Below, piece after piece: positions 18,594-27,528 of a DNA stretch of 64,000 bases. Below the pieces are notes generated by a model. That model made no database searches. It saw only the letters and a list, made by a program, of their open reading frames with translations, and was not told the origin of the DNA. Source of the DNA: a virus. The position numbers and the translations under genes are program-made. Location of the stretch: IMG/VR virus record IMGVR_UViG_3300029915_000003. The stretch is one strand, 5' to 3'. Numbering within the stretch: position 1 is the stretch's first letter; each line of letters starts with the position of its first letter.

Positions 18594-18917
18594 ATGAAAA
18601 ACCTAATCAAAAATCTAAAGAACGGGCTATTGCTTTTAATTACCTTTCCGTTGAAGGTGATCCTCCTGCCTTTAGCGTTTGTTGATATTTGGTTTTTCAT
18701 ATCTACGATGCATACGGAAAATAAATCTATTGAAATGACCATTGCTCGTCAAATAGGAGTATCGCTTCTATTTGTTACTATTAATATGCTATTTGTTATC
18801 GGATTGCCTCATCTGATCTGGCTGGTAATTGGGGGGACGCTGATTTACGAGCTTGCCATCGGAGCCTGCGCTATAGTAGCTGTTGGTGTCTTCACCGTTT
18901 CCACCCTCAACGTTTAG
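18594..18917 (+). CDS. Membrane protein (3 TM segments)
   Basis: Hydrophobic segments. Confidence 0.6.
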   Translation: MKNLIKNLKNGLLLLITFPLKVILLPLAFVDIWFFISTMHTENKSIEMTIARQIGVSLLFVTINMLFVIGLPHLIWLVIGGTLIYELAIGACAIVAVGVFTVSTLNV

Positions 18918-19025
18918 GAGCATCCCATGATTCGTTTATTCCTAGCCCTATATGTTTTAGCGGTAATGATTTTTGCAGTTAAATTCGCTCCCGATGCAAA
19001 ACACCCCAAGAAGAGGAAGTAATAT

Positions 19026-20081
19026 ATGTCTAGCTTTGCTGTAGAGGTGGTGCTGATTACAGAAAAGACCAAACACGAAAACGCCGATAGCCTTAGTGTA
19101 ACCAATATCAATGGGAATCCAGTAGTATTTAAATCAGACGGATTCAATATTGGCGACAAGGCTGTTTACGTACCGGTTGAAAGTGTGGTACCTGTAGAAC
19201 GACCCGAGTTCGCCTTCCTCAAGCACAAGCTAGGTCAAACCACCGAACGAATCAAGGCCAAGCGCCTACGAGGGGTCTATTCTGAGGGGCTACTTATCCC
19301 CTGCACCCTACCAGATGCCAACATAGGAGATGATGTTAAGGACCTTCTAGGTGTTGTCAAATACGAAGAGGTCCCTCGCTACACTTCGGGTGGAAGGGAA
19401 GTGGAGCTACCAGAAGCGTTAAAAAGCTCTACGTTGCCGGTATACGACATTGAAGCCTACCAGAAACCATCCCATAAGGCTTGTCTGATTTTAGGTGAAG
19501 AAGTATCAGTTACCGAAAAGAGGCATGGCACGAACGCCCGGTTCCTATATAAGGACAATCAGTTGTTTGTAGGTTCTCATCGTACCTGGAAGGAAAAGGT
19601 ACTATCCGAAGAACCCAACGAGTATGGTTTTACTCCTAAGAAATCTGTCTATTGGGCTGCGGCAGAGCAACATGGTTTAGCCGAAAAGCTGGCTAAATAT
19701 CCTGGTTATATATTTTACGGAGAAGTATTCGGCTATAAGGTGCAAGACTTACAGTATGGAGCCAAGGCGGGGGAATTGTTTTTGGAGTTTTTCGATATAT
19801 TCGATACCAATACAAGCACCTGGGTTGATTGGGTAGAAGCTGAAATTATCCTTAAAGATCTAAACCTTCCTATCGTTCCTGAACTTTATCGTGGACCTTT
19901 CGATCCAAACGTGGTAGAACCACTTAGATTCGGTCTAGATCGTAGCGGAAGCCACATTCGAGAAGGTTTCGTTATTAAGCCTATTAAATACCGTTACTAT
20001 CATGTTTTGGGTGGTCGGGTTATACTTAAATACGTCTCTGAAGATTACAAACTTCGTAAAAACCCCCTAGAGGGACATTAA
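19026..20081 (+). CDS. RNA ligase, DRB0094/Rnl2-like, with N-terminal tRNA-binding OB-like domain
   Basis: HENADSL, LRGVYSEGL, TEKRHGTN, YGE, FDI and REGFVIK motifs. Confidence 0.9.
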   Translation: MSSFAVEVVLITEKTKHENADSLSVTNINGNPVVFKSDGFNIGDKAVYVPVESVVPVERPEFAFLKHKLGQTTERIKAKRLRGVYSEGLLIPCTLPDANIGDDVKDLLGVVKYEEVPRYTSGGREVELPEALKSSTLPVYDIEAYQKPSHKACLILGEEVSVTEKRHGTNARFLYKDNQLFVGSHRTWKEKVLSEEPNEYGFTPKKSVYWAAAEQHGLAEKLAKYPGYIFYGEVFGYKVQDLQYGAKAGELFLEFFDIFDTNTSTWVDWVEAEIILKDLNLPIVPELYRGPFDPNVVEPLRFGLDRSGSHIREGFVIKPIKYRYYHVLGGRVILKYVSEDYKLRKNPLEGH

Positions 20082-20083
20082 CA

Positions 20084-20290
20084 ATGAAAGTCGTAATCAA
20101 TAAGTGCTGGTGTCAAAATGGCAAGAAATACAAGAAATGTCATTTAGATATTGATTTAGACCATTCAGAGGCATTACGATGGATTCATCCCTATAAACAC
20201 TACGACTCTAACGGTACGTCTAGGAATCTAAATAGTAAGGTTGAAGTGGATGTACTGGCGAGTTTACTAGCTATGGCTCATCATGGATAA
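20084..20290 (+). CDS. Small protein with SEC-C-like Zn motif
   Basis: CWCQNGKKYKKCH. Confidence 0.6.
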   Translation: MKVVINKCWCQNGKKYKKCHLDIDLDHSEALRWIHPYKHYDSNGTSRNLNSKVEVDVLASLLAMAHHG

Positions 20291-21448
20291 GTGCGATAAA
20301 TGCGATTTATTGAAGAAAGCTCTTAACGACCTATTAAACAGAATTACTAGTGAGCCTACCATGAGCGGACATTTACGTAATATGCATATAATGCGAGATC
20401 ATGGAGAAGAACACAAAACCAGTGACGCTATCAGAGCCGCTACGGTACTTTTACTAGAGCTAGAGGAATCAAAATGAACACTGAAGAACAATTAGAAAAA
20501 CTAAAAACCCTAGCAGCACAAGCCGTAGAAAATTTAACTTGCTTTGATGATGGCTATAATTCAGAATTTGTTATTGAAAGGACTCCGGAAGGATGGTGTT
20601 CCGATGAAAAATGCGTGTTTTGCCAAATCTCCCGCTTGCTTCCACCATTTAAATGTAATTGCGGTAAGTTTTTCTTGAATCGTAATTCACCTTCCATGTG
20701 GAGTTCTCCTGTTAATCATACTCCAGAAAAGTGCGCTGAACCGCCAAAAGCAATTCGCTGTCCCCATTGTGATGAAGTTTTACCACGTCAAAAGCATCAT
20801 TTAGCCCGAAATCTATGACCACTTCAATCGCACTCTACGTATTTGGTCTTGTTGTAGGTTATACTCTGAAAAGAACACTAGACCATCGGGAAAGTAAAAT
20901 TCCCCTTCACTTAAGGGGTAGTACCCTTTGCAAGCTTTGCGGCAATTCCAAAGCCTATCACCATAATCATACATACTCTTACCCCTGGAAGCATGGCAAG
21001 CCTTGGTTTTGCACCTTGCACTACCAAAACTGGCAAAACACCTTCAAGCCCATGAACATCGAAAAACAACTTGCCATTGAGTCCGGAGAGGAGTAGATTG
21101 GATTTTATGACACTCCAGTCTTTCCGAATTCAGGATCTAATAAGAAGTGAATGGGGATTTTGTCGAGTAAAACTGGAATATTTCGAGGTGTCCATTCAGG
21201 GTAGTTTTGGAAGTTATTCCACACCAAGAAAAGATCTATCCCCAGAATACTACTCCAAAATGGAAGTAGCTATATTTCACAAAGACGGCACTTGGGCTAA
21301 ACCTAAAGAAGATCCCATTTTTATGTTTTATGAGTGGCGGAAATATTTTGAGCCAGGAGACAAACCCGTAGCTGGGTATGTTGATGTTCGAATTATAGAG
21401 CAAATTGTAGAAGATTTAAATCTATATGTTAAAATCAATTCTTTATAG
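20283..21448 (+). other. Cluster of four small hypothetical ORFs (20283, 20474, 20815, ~21107)
   Basis: Overlapping stop/start codons; ORF track. Confidence 0.6.
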
Positions 21449-21449
21449 G

Positions 21450-21478
21450 TTGACTCTTGGTGGACTTCTCGCTATAGT
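21450..21478 (+). promoter_or_regulatory. sigma70-like promoter
   Basis: TTGACT-17-TATAGT. Confidence 0.75.
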
Positions 21479-21510
21479 CTGCCTTCACAATTTGATGCAA
21501 AGGTCTACAA

Positions 21511-21843
21511 GTGAACCATACAGAAGAATTCTTTAATTTTCTAGATAATACGGTAACGCATAGAGCTAAGCTGGTATTGGCCACCAAAGAATTTCTCAAA
21601 ACGGTAGGGGTAGATGGAGTTCACATCCCTTATCCTCGCGTAAAGGTGGAAAAACACCTAATTAACCTGCGCTGGGAGAACGCTACCCATAAAATGGATG
21701 TTGACATTCATGGGAATCAAGCATATTCTTGGTATGGTCGTCGTCTAGGAACCAATGATATTGCCGGTACTGAAGTGGATATCGATACCGTCATTACGGA
21801 TGAACTCAAAGAGTGGATTCTGAAGTTTAAGGTAAATATATAA
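21511..21843 (+). CDS. Hypothetical protein
   Basis: ORF track; AAGG SD. Confidence 0.6.
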   Translation: MNHTEEFFNFLDNTVTHRAKLVLATKEFLKTVGVDGVHIPYPRVKVEKHLINLRWENATHKMDVDIHGNQAYSWYGRRLGTNDIAGTEVDIDTVITDELKEWILKFKVNI

Positions 21844-21905
21844 AAAGGAACACGATATGGGAAGGTGCAACAAGACCACAAACCAAAGAAAGAAAAAGTA
21901 AATAA

Positions 21906-22340
21906 ATGAAAGTTACGATTCTCAGAGGAAGTCCTGGCAGTGGAAAGTCAACTTGGGCAGTAGAGAACTGCCCTGGAGCCACGATTTGCTCTGCCGACTA
22001 CTATTTCACCGTGAATGGTGCTTACAAGTTCTCTCCCGCTCAGCTTGGTTCTGCTCACGACGCATGCTATAAGAAGTTTCAAGAGGCTTTGGCTCAAAAC
22101 CAGGATTGTGTTATCGACAACACCAACACTAGCGTCAAAGAAATGACGCGGTACTATGCCGATGCAATCAAAGCGGGAGCTACGGTGGAAATCGTCCAAA
22201 TTAAGTGCAATCCGGAAATCGCCTTTCAAAGGTGTGTCCACGGGGTTCCCGCTGCCAAGGTTGCCTCTATGGCTCATAATATCGATTCCAATCCAGTTCC
22301 AAAGGACTGGATTTGCACTCAACGTATTATTTGGAATTAA
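21906..22340 (+). CDS. Polynucleotide-kinase-like P-loop protein (AAA_33)
   Basis: RGSPGSGKST, SAD, IDNTN and HGVP motifs. Confidence 0.85.
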   Translation: MKVTILRGSPGSGKSTWAVENCPGATICSADYYFTVNGAYKFSPAQLGSAHDACYKKFQEALAQNQDCVIDNTNTSVKEMTRYYADAIKAGATVEIVQIKCNPEIAFQRCVHGVPAAKVASMAHNIDSNPVPKDWICTQRIIWN

Positions 22341-22344
22341 CCTA

Positions 22345-22997
22345 ATGAAAACCCTTACACTGGCTGAACTCTCTGAAACCCTCCGTTTGCATAAGCTTTG
22401 GTTAGAAGGTAAGGACGAAGGTGTACAGGCTAATTTGTCCGGGGTCAATCTGTCCGGGGCCAATCTGTCCTGGGTCAATCTGTTCGGGGCCAATCTGTAC
22501 GGGGCCGATCTGTCCGGGGCCGATCTGTCCGGGGCCACACTGACCTGGGCCACACTGACCTGGGCCAAATTGACCGGGGCCAATCTGTCCGGGGCCAAAT
22601 TGACCGGGGCCAATCTGTCCTGGGCTAATTTGACCGGGGCCAATCTGTCCGGGGCCAATCTGTCCGGGGCCAATCTGACCGGGGCCGATCTGTCCGGGGC
22701 CACACTGACCGAGGCCAATCTGACCGGGGCCAAAAGCTTGGAAACGGTACGGTGGCAAAGCTTTTGATCCCAGCCGGGGCTAAGCGCATCGGGGGGATGA
22801 TCGGTCGCAAGTGTCGGGCTGAGTTTGTAACGGTACTGGAAGGATCGGGGGTTTCCATGCATGATCTTTCTTTTGAGTACCGTTGCGGGGAAACCGTTTA
22901 TCCAAGTGCTCGAAACCCCTTCAACCCGGATCCTTTGGTGGAATGTTCTGGGGGGATCCATTTCTTTCTTACCCCAGAAGAAGCTGAGAATTATTAA
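22345..22997 (+). pseudogene. Pentapeptide-repeat + DUF5758-like gene, frameshifted at ~22735
   Basis: The repeat frame stops at 22767; the domain continues in the -1 frame; ~70 nt missing relative to the copy at 1-546. Confidence 0.7.
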
Positions 22998-22998
22998 T

Positions 22999-23397
22999 AT
23001 GAATAAATTCTTTAAATGGCTATATCGTAACATTCCCAAGCAACAGGAAACTATTGTTCCAGATATCGTAAAACTCAAAGAATTAAACGATGTACTATTA
23101 AACAAGATTGCGGAAAACACCAAAAAATACGCCGATGAAATTAGTGCTAAAGTTTACATGTACGAACAAATTTTATACAAACAATTCAATGAAAAGATTG
23201 AAACCGCTCGTTTTGATGAATATATTAAACTAGAAGTACCATACGGGGATTCTTATTTTAAAAATGCAGATGCATGGCACAAAGCTATGGATAGTGTTGC
23301 AAAAGAATTAAGTAAAAACAAGAACATAAATGTTATTTCCGTTGATTACATAATGGCCACCATAAACCTTTACATTCGGTCCAATCCAAATCCTTGA
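22999..23397 (+). CDS. Hypothetical protein
   Basis: ATG 1 nt after the upstream stop. Confidence 0.6.
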   Translation: MNKFFKWLYRNIPKQQETIVPDIVKLKELNDVLLNKIAENTKKYADEISAKVYMYEQILYKQFNEKIETARFDEYIKLEVPYGDSYFKNADAWHKAMDSVAKELSKNKNINVISVDYIMATINLYIRSNPNP

Positions 23398-23422
23398 CAA
23401 CTTTTACAAATCGTGGTACTGT
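23394..23422 (+). promoter_or_regulatory. sigma70-like promoter
   Basis: TTGACA-17-TACTGT. Confidence 0.65.
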
Positions 23423-23462
23423 GCTTTTTCAATCGTAGCTTCCAACCAAAGGAAACAAAACA

Positions 23463-24614
23463 ATGTCTCTACCCAAGCGTGATAAGTTCGGTAAGTTCCT
23501 GTCTTCAACCAAGACAGCTAAGTCGAAGTCCAAGACCACCAAGAAGGTCAAGGCTGTTAATTATATTCCAACCCACAAGCCAGCCCCAAAAGTCAAGGTA
23601 GGTACGACTCATGCCTACATTATCCTAGACGAGTCGGGCAGTATGAGTTCCATCCAGCGAGAGGCAGTGGAGGCTGTTAATAAGAACATCATCTCGCTGC
23701 AAGACAATGCCTCTAAGAACTCGCTACCTTTTACCGTATCGCTGGACACTTTTGATAGCCGTAATTGTTGTCCTTCGATTCGTCCCCATTACTTTAAGCG
23801 TGACATCACAGGGCAGCTACGGCTAGAAAATGCTGCTTATCGTCCTTATGGTGGTACGCCCCTGTTTTTTACGGTCAATGCCGCTATTGAGAAGCTACGT
23901 AGCTCACCCGGCCATACCTCCGATAGCTTCCTAGTCCAAATCATTACGGACGGTCAAGACAACGAATCAACTCCGGCTGATAAGGCTCGCTTTGTAAACC
24001 TTCTAAAGGAAATCCAAGCTACCGACAAGTGGACGCTAGCTTTCATGCTTCCCAAAGGTTACAAGGATTCATTCTGCAAGGAATATAACGTGCCGACTGG
24101 CAACGTAATTGAGTGGGAGACAAGCGAAAAGGGTCTACAGCAGCTTTCACAAACCCTAAATACCTCCAACGCTGCCTACTCGGTTCTACGTAGCGCTGGT
24201 CAAACCTACACTCACGGGTACTTCCAGACTGATCTTTCGGGTATCATGCCCAAGGATCTAAAGGGCCACCTCGTGGACCTAAGCCCCAACCTACGGAAGC
24301 TCAGCGTGGACGTAGGAGAAGTACCCATCCAAGACTTCTGCGTTAACAAGCTAGGCAACTACACCCTTGGATCAGCCTTCTACATGGTCACCAAGGACGA
24401 GAAAGTAGCCGCTAACAAGGAAATCCTTATTGCAGAAAAGAACTCAACTAAGGTTTACGGTGGAACCGAGGCTCGTAATCTAATCGGTCTACCCCTTAAC
24501 CAAAACGTAAAGATCCGTCCTGGTAACCACGCCAATTACGATCTGTACGTCCAGTCAACCAGTACCAACCGCAAGCTTGTTCGCGGTACGAAGCTACTAG
24601 TAAAGGTTAAGTAA
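23463..24614 (+). CDS. vWA-domain protein with basic N-terminus
   Basis: DESGSM, GGTPL and ITDGQDN MIDAS motifs. Confidence 0.85.
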   Translation: MSLPKRDKFGKFLSSTKTAKSKSKTTKKVKAVNYIPTHKPAPKVKVGTTHAYIILDESGSMSSIQREAVEAVNKNIISLQDNASKNSLPFTVSLDTFDSRNCCPSIRPHYFKRDITGQLRLENAAYRPYGGTPLFFTVNAAIEKLRSSPGHTSDSFLVQIITDGQDNESTPADKARFVNLLKEIQATDKWTLAFMLPKGYKDSFCKEYNVPTGNVIEWETSEKGLQQLSQTLNTSNAAYSVLRSAGQTYTHGYFQTDLSGIMPKDLKGHLVDLSPNLRKLSVDVGEVPIQDFCVNKLGNYTLGSAFYMVTKDEKVAANKEILIAEKNSTKVYGGTEARNLIGLPLNQNVKIRPGNHANYDLYVQSTSTNRKLVRGTKLLVKVK

Positions 24615-24669
24615 AGACATTATACGGATTTTATAATTAGCCGGGACTTGACAACAATGGGAGTCTTGG

Positions 24670-24802
24670 AGCCACCCATCCAGCTGGAACCAAAAAAAGA
24701 AAAACTAGCTCAAATGTCAGAGTACCGGTAATTGCCTCCGGTGGTCTGGGTTAAAATCCCAGGTTTTTGTCATACTTTTTTTAGGACTGAGGGCCGGTGG
24801 TT
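24670..24802 (+). ncRNA. Unassigned structured ncRNA with embedded tRNA-like domain (copy B)
   Basis: AGCCACC/GGTGGTT stem; GCTGGAACC...AGGACTGA; A7G/CT7 stem; D, anticodon and T arms. Confidence 0.7.
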
Positions 24803-24847
24803 AGTGTTTTAGGAAGAGATGACGAGGAGCCACCTCTCATTTTTTCA

Positions 24848-25038
24848 CAAAGATTGACCCACTTTGCTTCCGAAACGGGTTTTTGGTTCTGCTGGTGATT
24901 CCCAATACTCAGGTAGAAAAGAAGTAAGCACTTGACTTCTAGGCTCATTACCATTACAGTCGTGAGGCCCTACCTTACTCTGGCGACTGAGGGACACAAT
25001 AGGATTGGCCCACCTATCCTTTCGCAACGGGCTTTTTT
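24848..25038 (+). ncRNA. Two covarying H-type pseudoknots (24848-24884, 24999-25038) flanking a multi-stem RNA
   Basis: CAAAG-ATTG-ACCC-A-CTTTG..CGAAAC-GGGT-T4 versus ATAGG-ATTG-GCCC-A-CCTAT..CGCAAC-GGGC-T6. Confidence 0.55.
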
Positions 25039-25049
25039 ACTAAAACAAC

Positions 25050-25078
25050 TTGACAACAACCAAACTGTTGGTTATGTT
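25050..25078 (+). promoter_or_regulatory. sigma70-like promoter
   Basis: TTGACA-17-TATGTT. Confidence 0.7.
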
Positions 25079-25100
25079 ACGGCTTCAAAGGAGACACACC

Positions 25101-25628
25101 ATGGCGAATGAATTCGATAAATACTTAGATAGCTTTTTTAAGGACGTACTTGATCCTATGGTTAAGAACGTCCTTGACAATGTAAAGAATATTGAGCAAA
25201 ACACCTTAACCGTAAAAATTAAGCAAAACACCTTAACCGTAAAAGAAGTTAATGGAGTTAAACGTTACTTCATGGGGGACATTGAAATGGTTCCTAAGGA
25301 ACCCAACGTTAAAAACTTTCAAGACAAGCGAAGTCTTGATGAAACATTAACGAAAGAACGTTTTGTAGACATCCTATCAACTCCCTATGGGAAAGATTTT
25401 GTAAAAAAGTTCAATGCTTTTTACGAAAATGGGGACTACCACAAACTCCCCGCTAACGTTTGTACTATTTTCTGTGAATTTCTCAACAACATCCCTCCGT
25501 TTGCTATCGATGGTAACGATGACGTAATCTATATTACCGATAAGGTAGACGTTGATATTATTCAAGCAATTATTAATAAATACAATACCAAGCTTCAATC
25601 TTGTCTTAAGGATAACAATAAGCGGTAA
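25101..25628 (+). CDS. Hypothetical protein with an internal 27-nt tandem duplication
   Basis: AGGAG SD; QNTLTVK occurs twice. Confidence 0.7.
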   Translation: MANEFDKYLDSFFKDVLDPMVKNVLDNVKNIEQNTLTVKIKQNTLTVKEVNGVKRYFMGDIEMVPKEPNVKNFQDKRSLDETLTKERFVDILSTPYGKDFVKKFNAFYENGDYHKLPANVCTIFCEFLNNIPPFAIDGNDDVIYITDKVDVDIIQAIINKYNTKLQSCLKDNNKR

Positions 25629-25697
25629 TAACTCAGCTGGTAGAGTGCCGGTTTTCCAAACCGGTTGTCACAGGTTCGAATCCTGTTTACCGCTCCA
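25622..25697 (+). tRNA. tRNA-Gly(TCC)
   Basis: CCGGT-TTTCCAA-ACCGG arm; U73 discriminator; encoded CCA. Confidence 0.93.
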
Positions 25698-25880
25698 AAA
25701 TTAAACCCTGCAAGGCAGGTGCAGGGGGGTTACGAGCAAGTAAGTTACAGCGAAGCAAAAAGTATTGGACATGGGGTTCATTCCATTTTTTGTATGATGG
25801 TCCCCATTGTGGTTTTAGTGTTGGGCCAATACACTTTAATTGGACTAATGATAGTTGCAAGAAGTGCTACGGAGAAGAGC

Positions 25881-26237
25881 ATGACGCCTAAGGAAGTTAA
25901 TAGAATCTGTGTAACGGTTCAGGATAACGATTTCTACCACACTCTTTGGCCTTTCTTGGAGGCATTAAAGGTCTCCGATGTAAAAGATTTAAACGAAGAA
26001 TATATCGTTAAGCTTTGGGATAAATCGTGCCTTGGGTTGTACTATCTGTATCAAAACAGGTTACGTTACGCCTCAGACGATGAAAGCCTAAGCAAATACC
26101 TCCAAAGTAGGTTTCAAGTATATTTGAACGAAGAAATAGCTCAAATGGTCAAAGACCGGTCAGACAAGGACGGATTCTTCGGAAATTGCGAGTACTTCTT
26201 TTTAAATCTTCATACTGGGGAAATCTCCTGTGTATAA
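25881..26237 (+). CDS. Hypothetical protein
   Basis: GGAG SD before MTPKE. Confidence 0.65.
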   Translation: MTPKEVNRICVTVQDNDFYHTLWPFLEALKVSDVKDLNEEYIVKLWDKSCLGLYYLYQNRLRYASDDESLSKYLQSRFQVYLNEEIAQMVKDRSDKDGFFGNCEYFFLNLHTGEISCV

Positions 26238-26246
26238 GAAAGATAT

Positions 26247-26474
26247 ATGTCCGAAACCGGTATAATCATAACAGAACACACCAAGCACCTCCATGGGATA
26301 GCCGGGGGAGCCTTAGAATACGTATCCCAACGCTTGGAATGGCGAGAAGTCGCTCCAAACAAATGGGTCCAGCTCATGATCATCCGGTTTACCGATCACG
26401 ACATGAGAGCTTGGCCAAACGCGAAGTTGATTGAAGGAATCTACTATGAGCTTGAAATACGGCTTGAATTTTAA
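26247..26474 (+). CDS. Hypothetical protein
   Basis: ORF track. Confidence 0.5.
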   Translation: MSETGIIITEHTKHLHGIAGGALEYVSQRLEWREVAPNKWVQLMIIRFTDHDMRAWPNAKLIEGIYYELEIRLEF

Positions 26475-26542
26475 AATAGATTATCTAGAAAAAGTAGTAA
26501 ATTTCACTAAAAAGACATTTTAGGGCTAGTAATTTTCTATGT

Positions 26543-27484
26543 ATGCATCCGTATACATCTATCCATCCCGATACCCTTTACGTAATAGGGGTTGTTAGTA
26601 ATCCTGTGATGTTTAAATCCAGGATCACCCTAGCCAATGAATTCGTAACAAGAATGAAGGGTACCCCCCAAGTAAAATTGGTAACTATAGAAATGGCTTT
26701 TGGAGTAAGGCCGTTCGAATTAACCAATACGGGGGATATCCATATCCAAGTTAGGGGTACGGATGAGGTATGGCACAAAGAGAATCTAATCAATATAGCC
26801 CTAAGTAGATTACCCCCAGAAGCCAAATATATAGCTTGGATTGACATGGATGTGGAGTTTCTTAACCCTAATTGGGCTTTAGACACTTTACATGCATTGG
26901 AACACTACAAGATCGTTCAACCCTGGTCCGACTGTATAGATGCTGGTCCTAAGGGTCAAATAATCCAAACCCATAAAAGCTTTTGCAGTCAATACATCCA
27001 GGGTGCTCCTAGGGGTGGTAGCTATGGGGATGTAGGGCCGTTTTGGCACTGTGGGTTTGCATGGGCGGCTCGCAGGGACACTCTGAATAAACTTGGTGGT
27101 ATGATTGACTGGGCTATATTGGGGGCTGGGGACCACCATATGTCCCTTGCTCTAATAGGTGATGTAAAGAACAGTATTCCAGGAAAAATACACCCCAATT
27201 ATGTTAAAAAAGCCTTACATTATCAATCTCTTTGCTCTAAATGGGTGGAAGAGGATATTGGCTATGTGGATGGTATAATTAAACATCATTGGCATGGTAA
27301 GAAGAAGGATCGAAAATATATAGAACGGTGGGATATATTGGTTAAAAACCAATTTGATCCAGAAGTGGATATTATCAAAGATATTCAAGGTTTATGGCAT
27401 TTAGCAGGTAATAAACCTAAATTACGCAATGAAATTAGAGCTTACTTCCGGCAGCGCAACGAAGACAGCATCGATACAGAGTAA
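26543..27484 (+). CDS. Glycosyltransferase-like (GT-A, DxD) protein, late promoter
   Basis: WHKENLIN, AWIDMD, GFAWA, GAGD and HHWHG motifs. Confidence 0.7.
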   Translation: MHPYTSIHPDTLYVIGVVSNPVMFKSRITLANEFVTRMKGTPQVKLVTIEMAFGVRPFELTNTGDIHIQVRGTDEVWHKENLINIALSRLPPEAKYIAWIDMDVEFLNPNWALDTLHALEHYKIVQPWSDCIDAGPKGQIIQTHKSFCSQYIQGAPRGGSYGDVGPFWHCGFAWAARRDTLNKLGGMIDWAILGAGDHHMSLALIGDVKNSIPGKIHPNYVKKALHYQSLCSKWVEEDIGYVDGIIKHHWHGKKKDRKYIERWDILVKNQFDPEVDIIKDIQGLWHLAGNKPKLRNEIRAYFRQRNEDSIDTE

Positions 27485-27528
27485 ACACACCTTGACTTTC
27501 GCAGAGAAGTAGTGCTTAATATAACTAC

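Noticed and set aside
295-22997. DGR template/variable repeat pair (295-546 versus 22752-22997)
   Set aside because: Mismatches are mostly C/T and often synonymous, not adenine-specific, and no reverse transcriptase is visible in the window; ordinary paralogy fits better
21948-23123. Long minus-strand ORFs (391 aa; GPGQI repeats at 22402-22758)
   Set aside because: Antisense shadows of the 15-nt pentapeptide repeat
24648-24676. sigma70 promoter at TTGACA 24648 (and TTGACA 33720)
   Set aside because: No plausible -10 hexamer at 16-18 nt spacing
25194-25247. 27-nt tandem repeat as a regulatory or mobile element
   Set aside because: Simple in-frame duplication (QNTLTVK twice) inside a CDS
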